From Amoebophrya sp. A120 (taxonomy: Eukaryota > Protista > Dinoflagellata): DNA of 64,000 bases. Numbering within the stretch: position 1 is the stretch's first letter; each line of letters starts with the position of its first letter. The translations under genes were made by a program, and so were the position numbers. Under the pieces are notes generated by a model. The model was given only the letters and a program-made list of their open reading frames with translations, searched no databases and was not told the origin of the DNA. Shown piece by piece: positions 51,394 through 62,320 of the stretch. The DNA lies in assembly GCA_905178155.1 (NCBI GenBank), contig CAJINV010000001.1, positions 6,543,860 through 6,607,859 on the forward strand, read 5' to 3'.

Positions 51394-54300
51394 TCATCGA
51401 GCGTCCCGAGTTGGATTTTTTAGAAGCTCGCTTTCTATTTTCCCCACCTCTTTGCCACCAGACAAATACTCTTCCGGAATTCGCACTTGTCCGGCGCTGG
51501 GTGCTGTGTCGATGGTCCCTACCCAAGCATCGTCCTCTTCGTCATCCGGTCGCTTGGCATTCAATACCAGCGAGAAGGGGCGAATTTCCGTCTGGTGCTT
51601 TTGATTCGGCAGCACCAACGTAAACGGCTTGTTGAGAATCTTGACGCGAAGCGACTGGTCGCGCGAGCCGTGTTGCCGCATCTTGTTGATCCAGTCCAGC
51701 TTCTTCTGCACGGCCCTGAATACGAAAATGCATAACGTAGGAATACAGAATCTGTATCTGAGCAAATAGGCAAAAAAGAAAATAAATTGCAGAAGCAGAT
51801 GCAGAACCAGAAGAAAAAAAATAAATACTCTTCGAGCGTCGTCGAACCGACGAGAGCCTGAGTCTCAGGGTCCTTGGTAGCACCAGCGTCCTTTTCAATT
51901 TCGTGTGCATCGTCTGGGTGCGCGGTGTACCGAGTCATCAGCTTTGCGCTTTCTTGTTTTTCGTCTCCGTTAGCTGCGAACGCGAAGTAGTATAGCAGAT
52001 CGGAGTGGGAGAAATTCGCTCGGTTTGTGTTGATCCACACATGCCAAGATTGCCACGTGGCGAGGGCTTCCTCCCCGCCGACAACCTTAGCGCTTTCGCC
52101 GCTTCGTTTTCCCCGAAGCACCTGCCCCGATCCGACCACAATCAGGCCACGCTTGGCACGTGTCAGTGCAACGTTGGTGCGCTCCCGCGAATCCTGAAAG
52201 CCTTGTGAGGAGGTGCGGACGAAGCTGAAGATCACAAGGTCGGCCTCACGGCCTTGGTAGCCGTCAACGGTTCTGACGTCCAAGTCCAGCGAGTCGTGGA
52301 GAAGTGCTTTATCTCTACTGTTCGCAAGGGTGCGGCGAATATGTTCCACTTGCCCGGTGTAGGAGGAGAGTACACAAACGCTGAGCTTGGCATGCTTTCC
52401 GGTGCCAGCCACGGGAGGCACCGGTAAAAAGGTAGAAGATGATGAGGTGCTGGACGAGGACGGTGTAGCTGCAGCGTTGCAAGGAGCGTGCTTCTTGGCT
52501 AGGTGTACCAGCAGCGAATTGCAAATCCAGTCTGCTTCGGTATTGTTTTTCCAGCTGGAGGTTTTCTGGTGTCGAGTCTCGCCTGTGCTGGTTCCACTGA
52601 CAAAGAGCTTATCCAAATCGACGAAAGCCGCCCGAAAGTGATCATCGCGACACCCCTGGTACCGGACCCACGGAAACCCTGCAACTACCGGAAAACAGTC
52701 GTCGCTTCTGCCATTGAGCACCTGACCCTGGTAGAAAGAGCTGCTCCACCAAGCAGACAGGGATGAATGCATGCGGTGCTGCTGCTCAAATTGAATTGGC
52801 TGCACGACTTTCCGGTCAATCAGCTTTTCAAACAACGAAACATCGAAGCCGCGTCGTTTTGCTTCGTCGGTAGTGACATGTGGGCGGCCTTGCTTGTGGT
52901 CTCCCATCATGATGAGATGGTCCGCCGATTTGTACTGCGACAACACGAAGGCCGGAATCAGTTCCGTGCTTTTTGCTGCTTCATCAAAAATCAGAGTAAG
53001 CACACTCTCGGCGCTACGATCCCGCGCCGGCACTTTGAACTCGTCGCGGTAGCAGCGCGCAGCGGTAACAAGCACTGGCGCACCAAGTTTACAGACCGCG
53101 TCGACGAAGTCAATGAGGCATTTTCTCAATTCTTCCTCTACGCGTTCCAATTGGCTGATGCCCATTTTGGCGGTAGCCGGGGAACCTTCTCCATCGTTCT
53201 TGGTCGTATTCTCATTCTGCTGAAAGGTCGCGGCCCGGAAAGCCTCGTACTTGCTGACAATTTTCGACAAGCAGTCCACGGCGTCATTAACCCATGGACT
53301 GTATTGGAAAGAGGCTTGGTGCTGCACAAAGCCGAGCGGATGGTTGGGATCCGTTAGGAAGTTCCTCCACAACTTTTGCTGGTCGAATACATGTTTCAGC
53401 GGATCTTCCTGTTTTAATTTTTCTTGGTATGAGCTTTTTTTATTTGACTACATGAAGGCAGTTGGTAGTCGTAGTTTTTTTGCAAACCTCTTCTCAATCT
53501 ACAGGAGAATGAGGTCGTAGAATTGAACTGAAAAGATAGAAAAAGCGAAGAAGAAAAGATAGAAAAAGCGAATAGTATACCGAACTCCCGACCCGGTATC
53601 CAGCAAAGCGAACGTGTGCGATCTCACGGCGCCTTAGGGCGCTTGAGAAGGAACTGACGGCGTCGTTGGTCTCCGCAACCACCCTAATAATGTGAGGCTG
53701 GCGCTTGATCTTGGCTTCGCGAAGGAGATACTCAATACAGGCAGAAGCCCAAAAGGTTTTGCCAGTTCCCGGGGGTCCCACCACTGCAACGACCGCGCTT
53801 CGCTTTTTCGCAACTTCTTCAAATGCTGCAGCTTGTGTCTTGCTGGAGGCTAACAGATGCAACATCTTTTCATACTGTAAGTGACATTCAGCATCCTCGT
53901 TGCTCTGCAGCAGGACATGCTCCCCACGTTCATCTTTACTTTGACCTTGCCCTGGTGCAGGAGGCTGAGGCTGAGCAAAACCATCAGCATCTGCTCGAAG
54001 ATTTTTCTGTTGTGTCTGGAGGTCGGAAACGGAATCCGAGCAAGCGCGATCTTCTGCAGAAAGCTTTTCCGCTTCCGAAACGTCGACGGGCCTGGAGGCA
54101 CCTGGTGGCACGGAATGTGCTTGTTCCACTTGGCTGCGCACGGGCGATTGCTGAGAATCTAGCGATGGAGCTGAGAGTGCTGCTTCAGCTCCCGCGGACT
54201 TATTTTCTTCGGCGCGGGTGTCTTTTTGTGTCGACGAACAGAAAGCCCTGCACAAGACTGGCGACGAGTTAAAGTCGGGACCGCTGGTGGCCCCACAGAA

Positions 54301-57105
54301 GAGTTCTCCAACGCCGTCCAGCTGCTTTTGCACAACGTGCCACACACAGTCTTGCATTATCACGATATCGGCTTCATGTTGATGTCCTCTAGCGCAATGA
54401 AAACGCGAGGCGCAATGCTCATGCAGGACCGGCTTCAGTGTCACCTTCAGAATCTTCGCAGCAGCAGCGTAAGCACTGCCAAAATCGTTATTATCTTCGC
54501 CAAAACTCGAAGGGCGCGCCTTGATCGTGCGCAACACGATAGCAAACAGAAAAGTTGAACTTGCCCGTCCCGCTGCAGGATTCGCATTGAGACTGAAATA
54601 CACAAGATCTTGGGCTTTTGCTTTTGGCAGGGCCGTGGAGTTCAGGTCGCATTCTATCACGATTTCGTCGATGCAGTTCGGCTCTGCTGGCGCTATCTTT
54701 AGCTTATCTGCGATGACATCGCACCGCTGACACTGCGCCTGGTCGGTTCTGCCCTGCTGTCCCGCACGCTCCATTTCCTCTGCAAACTCGACCAAGAGGC
54801 ACTCTGCCAGGTTGCGGCCCACATCGGGTGGCAGGGACACCTTCGGAACGATACCGAGCATGCCACGCAGCGGGCTGACTTTCACACCGGTGACGCCCAT
54901 CGTGTTTATTCCGCCAGTGGGCCCCAGGGGATTCAGGTTGCTCTGGATGATCTTCCTTAGGTGCGGCCGGTTTACCCGGTCTACGGCAGAGAAAGTCAGC
55001 CGCTTCAAGATGTCGTAGTACGTTAATAACGGAATAGCTTCCTTTGTTTCGGACAGTACTCGCGACATCTCGACCAGCACGTCCTCTGCCTCTTTTCCTG
55101 TCGTCAGCGAGTTGAAGAGCAGCGGTAGCAACTTTTTCCAGAATATCGTTGGGATTCTGCCCAGCTTACTCAGACAGTCTGACCGGGAGCTCTGCAAGGT
55201 GAAACTAAAAAGCTCAACGAGCTCACTTGGCGTCTTGTGCTTGTCGAAGTGTTTCTCAAAGTGATACGGAAGCAGGAGCCGGGAACGGGCGATCCACCGA
55301 GCATCTTCATCCGACTCGGAGTAGGCGCTGGCTTCTCGCTGGAACATATAATGATCCGGATTTTTCAACTTCACATCTACTGCATCTCCTGCAGTAGCAG
55401 GTGATTCAGATTCTGCAAGATCCTCAGAGAGGACCAGCCGCACGACCGCGAAGAACATTGGTCCAGATTTCCACTTCATTCCCTCCTCCGATGGCAATGG
55501 AGTGTGCTGCTCCTGTTTGGCGGGGCACTCCAGTGCGGTAGAAGAGGACAACAAGCCCGGATCGTTTTGTATTGCAGCAGACTGCTGGTGCTCGTCTGTT
55601 CCTGCCACGAGCGGTTTGCTCCCGCTGCAGGAGTTGTTCAATATTTGCGCTCCAGCAGTAGAAACAGTGGATGGAGGTTGTTCACCAGGCTCTGCGGGGA
55701 TAGCAGTCCGTGCTTGCACAGAGACAGCAAAGATCTCCTCGGAAATTTTCTGCCGGCTTGTTGCACAACACGAGGGGGAGGCAGCGGCTAGCCAGGCATT
55801 TTTGACCGTGTCAAGAAAAGGAATCACACGTGAACCACGATCCCCCGATGGTTGCGCCTCGCTCTGCGCCCGAAGCAATTCCCGGATGCCATGATCTCGA
55901 TCGAAGATCTGGCAATCAAATGTGTTTGTCGTCTTAAGCTCCGTCGTCATTGCGGACTCGCTTTTCCCGTCCTCCAAATCATTGCTCACTGTCTTCTTCG
56001 TTGTACAAGTACAGATACTCGTGCTAGTGCTGCTGCTGGAACTATTCTTTGAAATTTTTTTGAAGTTCGCTCGTTTACTTGCGATTGATTCGCGCCTTCC
56101 CGGAGTCTCTTTTTCCAGTTCGCCACCGACACATGACCCAGCACCAAGTCCATTACTACTTCCCGCTTCTTCTTCTGAGTCCGTCGCGTCATCCTTCTCC
56201 AGCATGTGCTTGTTGCTTTGATCGACACACATTTTGCACTTTCCCTCGGGCACGAGCCATTGTTTGTCTGTGTACTTTTCGCGCTTCTTGTAGCGCCCGC
56301 TCATTGTGCGACCACACCGCCCGGCGCATTTCTTGCGCATGTCGCCGTTCCGCGATCTGCGTCTATACGGCTCCGGAATCGTGCTGCGTCCCGTCCGCTG
56401 ACGGTCGTCGTCGACGTCCTCTTCAACATCTGTCAGATCGTAATACCACCGGACCTGAGATCCGCTCCTCGCGCGCCATTCGCATACTTGGCACCTCGAG
56501 CGGGATGTGTCGTCGGAAAGACCATGTCTCGACTTTTTCACTTCTGCATCGGTGAACAGTGTTTCGCACAGCACCTTGACACCTTGTTTGTCTCGCCCGA
56601 ACCGAAAGCCACTCCCTCTCGTTTCCGATCCATTTCCATCGGGCAGTTTGACGCGCTTCCACTGCTGACATTCGCAACACTGCAGTCTTGCGATCCTAAT
56701 CTCTTTTCCAGTCTCGGGCTCAAGTTTCTTGTAGCATTTAAAACCCTTCGGCGCAGTGCGTGTCGAAGCGCCAGACTCCTCCTCGTCATCCGTCGGCGAA
56801 TGAAAGTAGTGCATCTGGTTCAGCCTCAGCTTTGCGCAATCGTTGCACACTTCCTTGTTCTTCTTTTTCGGAAATTCGATAGGTTGTTTGAAGCGCCCAC
56901 ACGGCCCGCTGCATTTTCGCTTGCCCGGATGATGTTCATGGTGTTGAGCTGTACTCCTGTGTTCAAGTCGCTGCCGCTTGAGACCCGGACTCGTCGACTT
57001 TTCGTCTTCATCATGATGGCCCGAGTCCTTGTGTCGTTTCAGAAATTGAAATGAAGGAGCAGAGCAATCGGCGTAATCGCTATCGGGCGGCCGAGCAGAC
57101 CCCAT
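51394..57105 (-). CDS. Upf1/DNA2/NAM7-like SF1B helicase with N-terminal Cys4 zinc fingers (~1808 aa)
   Basis: Introns 53409-53580 and 51716-51828, frame-consistent. Motifs GPPGTGKT, AETNDAV, IFDEAA, MGDHKQ, SLFEKL, QHRMH, SYTGQV, TVDGYQGREAD, RTNVALTRAKRGLIVVG. Three CxxC...CxxC modules at the N-terminus. Confidence 0.9.
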
Positions 57106-57769
57106 GGTTGATGTTTTTCTGTACTTACGTTACTAACATGCACGATGTGAAAGATAACACACCAAGAGAAGCGCACTTCTGAAGATGCTCGACATCAAGA
57201 CTGTTCCTGTTGCCTTTGACTTTTTCGAAATGGTAAATATGCCAGGAATAAAATGCGGATCGCTGTTTGCAGCTCGTAGAAAGAAGAAGAGCATAGAGTG
57301 TCAATATCCATGCTAGTACTGCTAGTATCAACAAATGAGAAGAGCAGGCGATCCTGCTAACTTCACTCCGGCTCGTCAGAGCAAAAAAAGTCTCTCATCC
57401 ATGCCAGGCATAGAAGAGCACGCCTACTCGCAAACGAAGGCGAGCTTACTTCTGGATCTTGTTGACGAGCATGCATGATCACCATCAACGGAGTACTTTG
57501 TTCCTCTCTTACACTTACTCTCGGGAAGAGTTGTTCTCGATTATCATGATGGATCTTCATCCTGTTTTGGATCGCTGACTGACATGATGGTCGTGATACT
57601 ATGTAAGCACTATTACGAAGAACAACATGAAAACCTGCCGCCTTCATCACAATGACCTGGGTGCAGGCTCGCGGGGCACCACGGTGAAACTTTTCACAGA
57701 GTTTTTCCTTTCCTTTCTCCAACTGACCACGTACTCCACAGGCCCATGTCAGCAAATCAGATGCAATTT

Positions 57770-58846
57770 TCAGCGAGTGACCCGGGCTCCTTTTGCTTCT
57801 GTATAGTGTTTTCCGGAGAAGAAATCTACCTCGTCCATCGGGTACAACGGAACAACAGATAGAGAGTCGCAGCTCGTTCTGGGCGCCAGCCATGCGGGAA
57901 AGCGAAACGTCTTCTGCGCTTCCGCCACGTCAAACGGTTCCACATAGTCGTCGTCGTCCGTCCTCGTTTTCTCGAACCAAAACCCGAGCTGGAACCTTTT
58001 TCCGGAGTCGAACGGTATCCCGACATCAATTGTCATGTGGAGCTCATATGCGTCGACGCGGGTGTAAACGCTGCACGGGATGTCTTTCTTGTCCCCGACC
58101 TGGAGCGAAATCTGACGAGTCAACTCGCCGTCATTTGTTTCCCTCCTGCGCTTCACCCCCCACCGTAGCAGACTGGTTCCCCGTTCTTCTGGCGGCACCT
58201 TCTTGGGGGGGTACAAACCGACAACCCAGGGCGTTTTGGACAGCTCCGCCTTCCCGTCGCTTTCGTCCAACAACTGGGTGAACGCCTGCAAAATCCAGCT
58301 TCGAACGACGTCGACAGGCCGGTCTAATTCTGGTTCTTGTAGCCACCCGCTCCCGTAGGCGTTCTCTGCCTTGACGCACGGCGCGCTGCATCGATTCAGC
58401 GGAAAAAGCAACTGCGGGACGTCCAAGACAGCAGGCTCTTCATCCATCTCGTCGCCACTGCTAAGGCTCGCCACGTCTTCTTCACTGCTGCTATTGTGTG
58501 CAGAAGTAGAATCCGCTTCAGTCGTCAGCTCGATTTTGTAAATCGCATCCCGCCGTTTGAGTTTCCGCAGTACGTGCAAGAATAAATTGAGCCGCGTACG
58601 ATCGCAAAAATACATGAGCTGCTTCGCCGCACCAGGGTCGCTTATCGCCTGGAAAAATACCGAGCGGCAGCTTTTCGACGCAATGGCGAAGCTCTTGGAA
58701 AGGTCGTGGTAGGGGTCTAAAAACTCGAACACCTTTCCGAGCACGTCCGTTGGCATATCGTGCAGGAGAGACAAGTCTTTGCGATCTCCGTCGATCGCCC
58801 TGGCGTCTCGAAGCTCCTGCAGCTGCGCTGTGCTGACTCGTTGCAT
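57770..58846 (-). CDS. F-box domain protein
   Basis: 358-aa ORF whose N-terminal LHDMPTDVLGKVFEFLDPYHDL...ASKSCRSV fits the F-box pattern LP.E.L..IF.FL...DL....VSK.W. Confidence 0.72.
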   Translation of the reverse strand: MQRVSTAQLQELRDARAIDGDRKDLSLLHDMPTDVLGKVFEFLDPYHDLSKSFAIASKSCRSVFFQAISDPGAAKQLMYFCDRTRLNLFLHVLRKLKRRDAIYKIELTTEADSTSAHNSSSEEDVASLSSGDEMDEEPAVLDVPQLLFPLNRCSAPCVKAENAYGSGWLQEPELDRPVDVVRSWILQAFTQLLDESDGKAELSKTPWVVGLYPPKKVPPEERGTSLLRWGVKRRRETNDGELTRQISLQVGDKKDIPCSVYTRVDAYELHMTIDVGIPFDSGKRFQLGFWFEKTRTDDDDYVEPFDVAEAQKTFRFPAWLAPRTSCDSLSVVPLYPMDEVDFFSGKHYTEAKGARVTR

Positions 58847-59685
58847 TTTCCTTTCTTTTCGCGCGTCTTGCTCAACTTCAAGATTGATTCTTCATTCAAT
58901 TATCATCTATTAATTACTTTCACTTTGCAAAAAAGTGCGTATCCACCAGCAGTGCTGTACAAGTTTTTTTCTGCTTCTAATGCCACGATAAGACGTGGTA
59001 ATGACGAGTTTAGGTTTACGACAAGGACAACGAGGACAAGAAGTAGAAGTTGCGTTGTTGCACACCAGGACTTCTTTCGGTATATTACGACTAAGACTAT
59101 ATGAGAACCGAATAAGACTACGAAGCACCGAATTCAACCGATTTTGAGAATGGAAGTCGGAAGAAAGCAAGCCCTTACATTGTTATCCCGATTTTTTGCG
59201 TTGTTTTTTCATCTTTCGGTTTTGCCACAGCGAAACGAAAATCTAATCCCGAGAACGACAGCACTGCAAAATGAAAACTATCGATTCCCTGACTGAACCC
59301 CAAAACCGAGCCCATCGTAGACCCCCTTGACAATGACGGATGCTCGTCTCCCATGTCGACACGATGCTTTACAACAAGGAAAGTACGCTAACAAGCCAGC
59401 CAAGCGATAGTATTTTTGTAAGCACACATGGAGTGTACTTGTCGAACACTTCCGCGATAAGGGACTGCACCTGTGGGCGTCCTCCACAGCATGTGGTATT
59501 CTTTTTTTTACTTTTATTTAAGTTCTTGTCGTGCTTGTGACACGATTTTGTTTTTGGTAATGCTAATGTCGCTGGTATTGGTCATAATGACCACATTTAT
59601 GTTGCGCTTTCGGGACGAACTGGGTTGCAGCTCAGCATTATGTTTATGATCATGGTCGCGGTAAGGAGAAGCATTCAAAAACTGT

Positions 59686-61596
59686 TCATGGAACGTAGTT
59701 GGCCACACTGTTGTGTAGATGATCAAGCTTCTTTATCAGCGCATGCTCGGGATTCACTTTCCGCAGGGTTTCTATGTGCTTCTTCGCTTCTTCTTCATTG
59801 CCCAGGTGGATGCTTGTAGCGCAGAGGTTCACCTGTTTTGATTTAATTTATGCCGCGATGGAAATTCACCTCACGAATGCAAAAGGTGAAGAACGGATCG
59901 ACTAGTATCTGCTTCTCAAAAATCGTCGACCGCACTGACTTAGCTACAAGTGCCACTGTAGGTCGGGCTGCAAGCAAGGAGCAATTCATAGTACCAGCGT
60001 ATCCTGATCTCCCGGTGCTACTTCCTGCATCTTGGAAAGCTCCTCAGGAGCCTCGGAAAAGTTACCTCGCTGAAGGTTTGCGCACGCCTTGCCGTTGCAG
60101 ATCGCAGACGATGGTATTGTGGCTACCTCGTCACCATACCTGGATATAAGGAAACGCATTGTAGCATTGCAACAAATCCTGTGTCAGTCCATTGGTTTCC
60201 AGTAGCAAGAACTACGAGAAGGCTTTGGCTGTTCCTGCGGTGAGGTATTAAAAACCGCCGCGCCGTCATGATTGGCCGAGACCACCTGTGTGACAAGTGG
60301 CGCAGTACCATTGTGGTGGTTGGAGTATTTTAGGTGTGGCGTATGAAGCGGCTCCGTCCGCGGCAGTCGCCCCGGCGGTAAGCTGAGGGCGAAGGCTGCC
60401 GATTTTGCGCCGAGGCAAGGCAAGCCGAGGCAAGGCAAGCCGAGGCAAGGCAAGCCGAGGCAAGGCAAGCCGAGGCAAGGCAAGCCGCCGAGGCAAGGCA
60501 AGCCGCCGAGGCAAGGCAAGCCGCCGAGGCAAGGCAAGCCGCCGAGGCAAGACAAGCCGCCGAGGCAAGGCAAGCCGCCGAGGCAAGGCAAGCCGCCGAG
60601 GCAAGGCAAGCTGTATTGTCTATAGGTGAAGTACGAGCAGCATAGGCAAGTGTAGTCTGTATGTAAATCTAGTAAGTACTGTGCCTCCACGTCGCAATAG
60701 AGCAGAAAAGCCTCTTGGTAGTTGCCGTTGGCGAGGTTAACCAGGGCGGAAACCATTTTCGCGATGACGTGGTCGTCGGAAACCTGGTTTACCTGCCGCA
60801 TTTGCTTCGTTGCAAGGTCCACACGGTACATCGCCAGGAAGAGCTGCGCAAGTAGCCCTTGCATCTCCGGGGTCGTGAACCCTGTTGAGCGTAGATGTAA
60901 ATCGTCGAAAAATGCCAAACAGCTTGGTAGCAGCTTCGTCATTCATGTTTTCGGTTCAATATTCTTTTTCTCCTTCCAGTAGTTCTACTTCTATTTTGCA
61001 TTATAAAAACACAGCAAAAGTACCACTCGCTTGCACGAGATTGACTGCTTCCAATGCATCTCCTTGTAGTGCGTAAGCACATGCTGCGAGGTAGGTGGCT
61101 GTCTGGTCTCGTGAGCTCTTTGCTAACTCCACCAGATCGCCGAATGCCTTGTCCTTGTGAGCCTGCTCTTTTGCCTTCGTGAACATCGCGAACAAGGCAC
61201 AACATCTCTGTGAGGCCTCCGGACTGTTCCGTAAATCCTTGAGCTGCGAAAACTTCCCGAGGGCGAGATAACTGTAGATGAAAAAAGAGTTAGAATTATC
61301 ACGAATCTTGATGGATACGCATGCGCGTCGACAGTAGATGTAGAAGTGTAGTGAATGTGAAAAGATACCACAAAACCCGGCAGAGCAGAGTTAGCGGGTT
61401 CTTTTTTCAAAGTAAAAAATCGGGGAACGAAATGAACTAGCATGTGATTCGCTTCATACCATCTCCCCATGATGCCTTTCTTCTCGGATTCTGCGATATC
61501 GTTTCTTGTCGCTGCCTTTTCGCCGGTTGCTAGAGCGGCTGTATAGGCGCCCATGTAGAAGCGCTCCCGTGTCGGGTGCAATTCGTCTTCCAACAT
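59686..61596 (-). CDS. COPE: Coatomer subunit epsilon (292 aa, 5 exons)
   Basis: Exons 61596-61460, 61271-61024, 60881-60680, 60139-59995 and 59832-59686 with GT-AG introns. DELHPTRERFYMGAY, RCYLALG, MYRVDLATKQMRQV..SDD, NYQEAFLLY, NGKACANLQRGNFSEA, DTLVNL, NPEHALIK. Confidence 0.92.
60409..60609. repeat. Intronic tandem repeat: 5 x GCCGAGGCAAGGCAA then 7 x GCCGCCGAGGCAAGGCAA
   Basis: Directly visible, with one substitution in the fourth 18-mer. It lies inside the 540-bp COPE intron 60140-60679. Confidence 0.97.
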
Positions 61597-62320
61597 GGTT
61601 GCGAGTCACGCTTTGGCGTCGTTTCCAACAAGAAAATGTCCAAAAGCTGCTCCCGGTGCTAGTATCCTCTTGGCAACGTTCTTCTCGCTGAGCGAGTACT
61701 ACGGCGCAGTTCCGGCTACCAAACCAAGAGCAAAGTGCTGTATCAAACCAACGTCATCATTTCTCTGACAGAAAATCAGCTTTCCGATTTTTTTTTCTCC
61801 TGATGAAAAAGTGTATACCACTAAGTCTAAGACATTTAATTCTAGATGATTCAAATAAAACGTAAAAGAAGGCATAGAGAAACTGCTTCTGTTCTGTGGG
61901 TCAATGATTAGGCTGTTGCTCATGTCGCCAGTCACTTTATGTAGCATACGAAGTCGATTTAAGATAGCAAAATATGATGAGTGATCGTCGCAGGCGTAAA
62001 ACTGCGTACGCCTGAGGGGCGCAAGAGAATCGTGAAATTTCAGAACACAGACTGCAATCGGATGGCGCATTCATCTAGCGAAAGCGACTGCGACTTTCTT
62101 GGTTGGCTTCTACATAGAAATTGTGACGTCGCAAACATTTTTCCGTGTCGGGTAGTGTAGCTCTATTCGCTCCTCGTCTTCGGCGGTTGTTCGTTTTTTC
62201 GAATTCATTGTTCTCGTTTGCTTGGCAAGGCACGGACAGAAACGAAACGCAATTTATGCATTGCACCACTCTCCTCGCGGTCTTTCAAGATCGATCTTCG
62301 ATCTTGTCCTACGAGCGTTT

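Noticed and set aside
53530-53572. Tandem duplication gaaaagatagaaaaagcgaa x2
   Set aside because: A short local duplication within intron 53409-53580 with no further structure.
60409-60609. CRISPR-like or protein-coding repeat (LPCLGG/PRRLAL ORFs)
   Set aside because: The units are directly adjacent with no unique spacers, and they lie within a GT-AG intron whose removal restores COPE.
60176-60673. Helitron-like ends (A|TC ... CTAG|T) around the COPE intron insert
   Set aside because: The subterminal hairpin is weak and the terminal words are too short to be significant.
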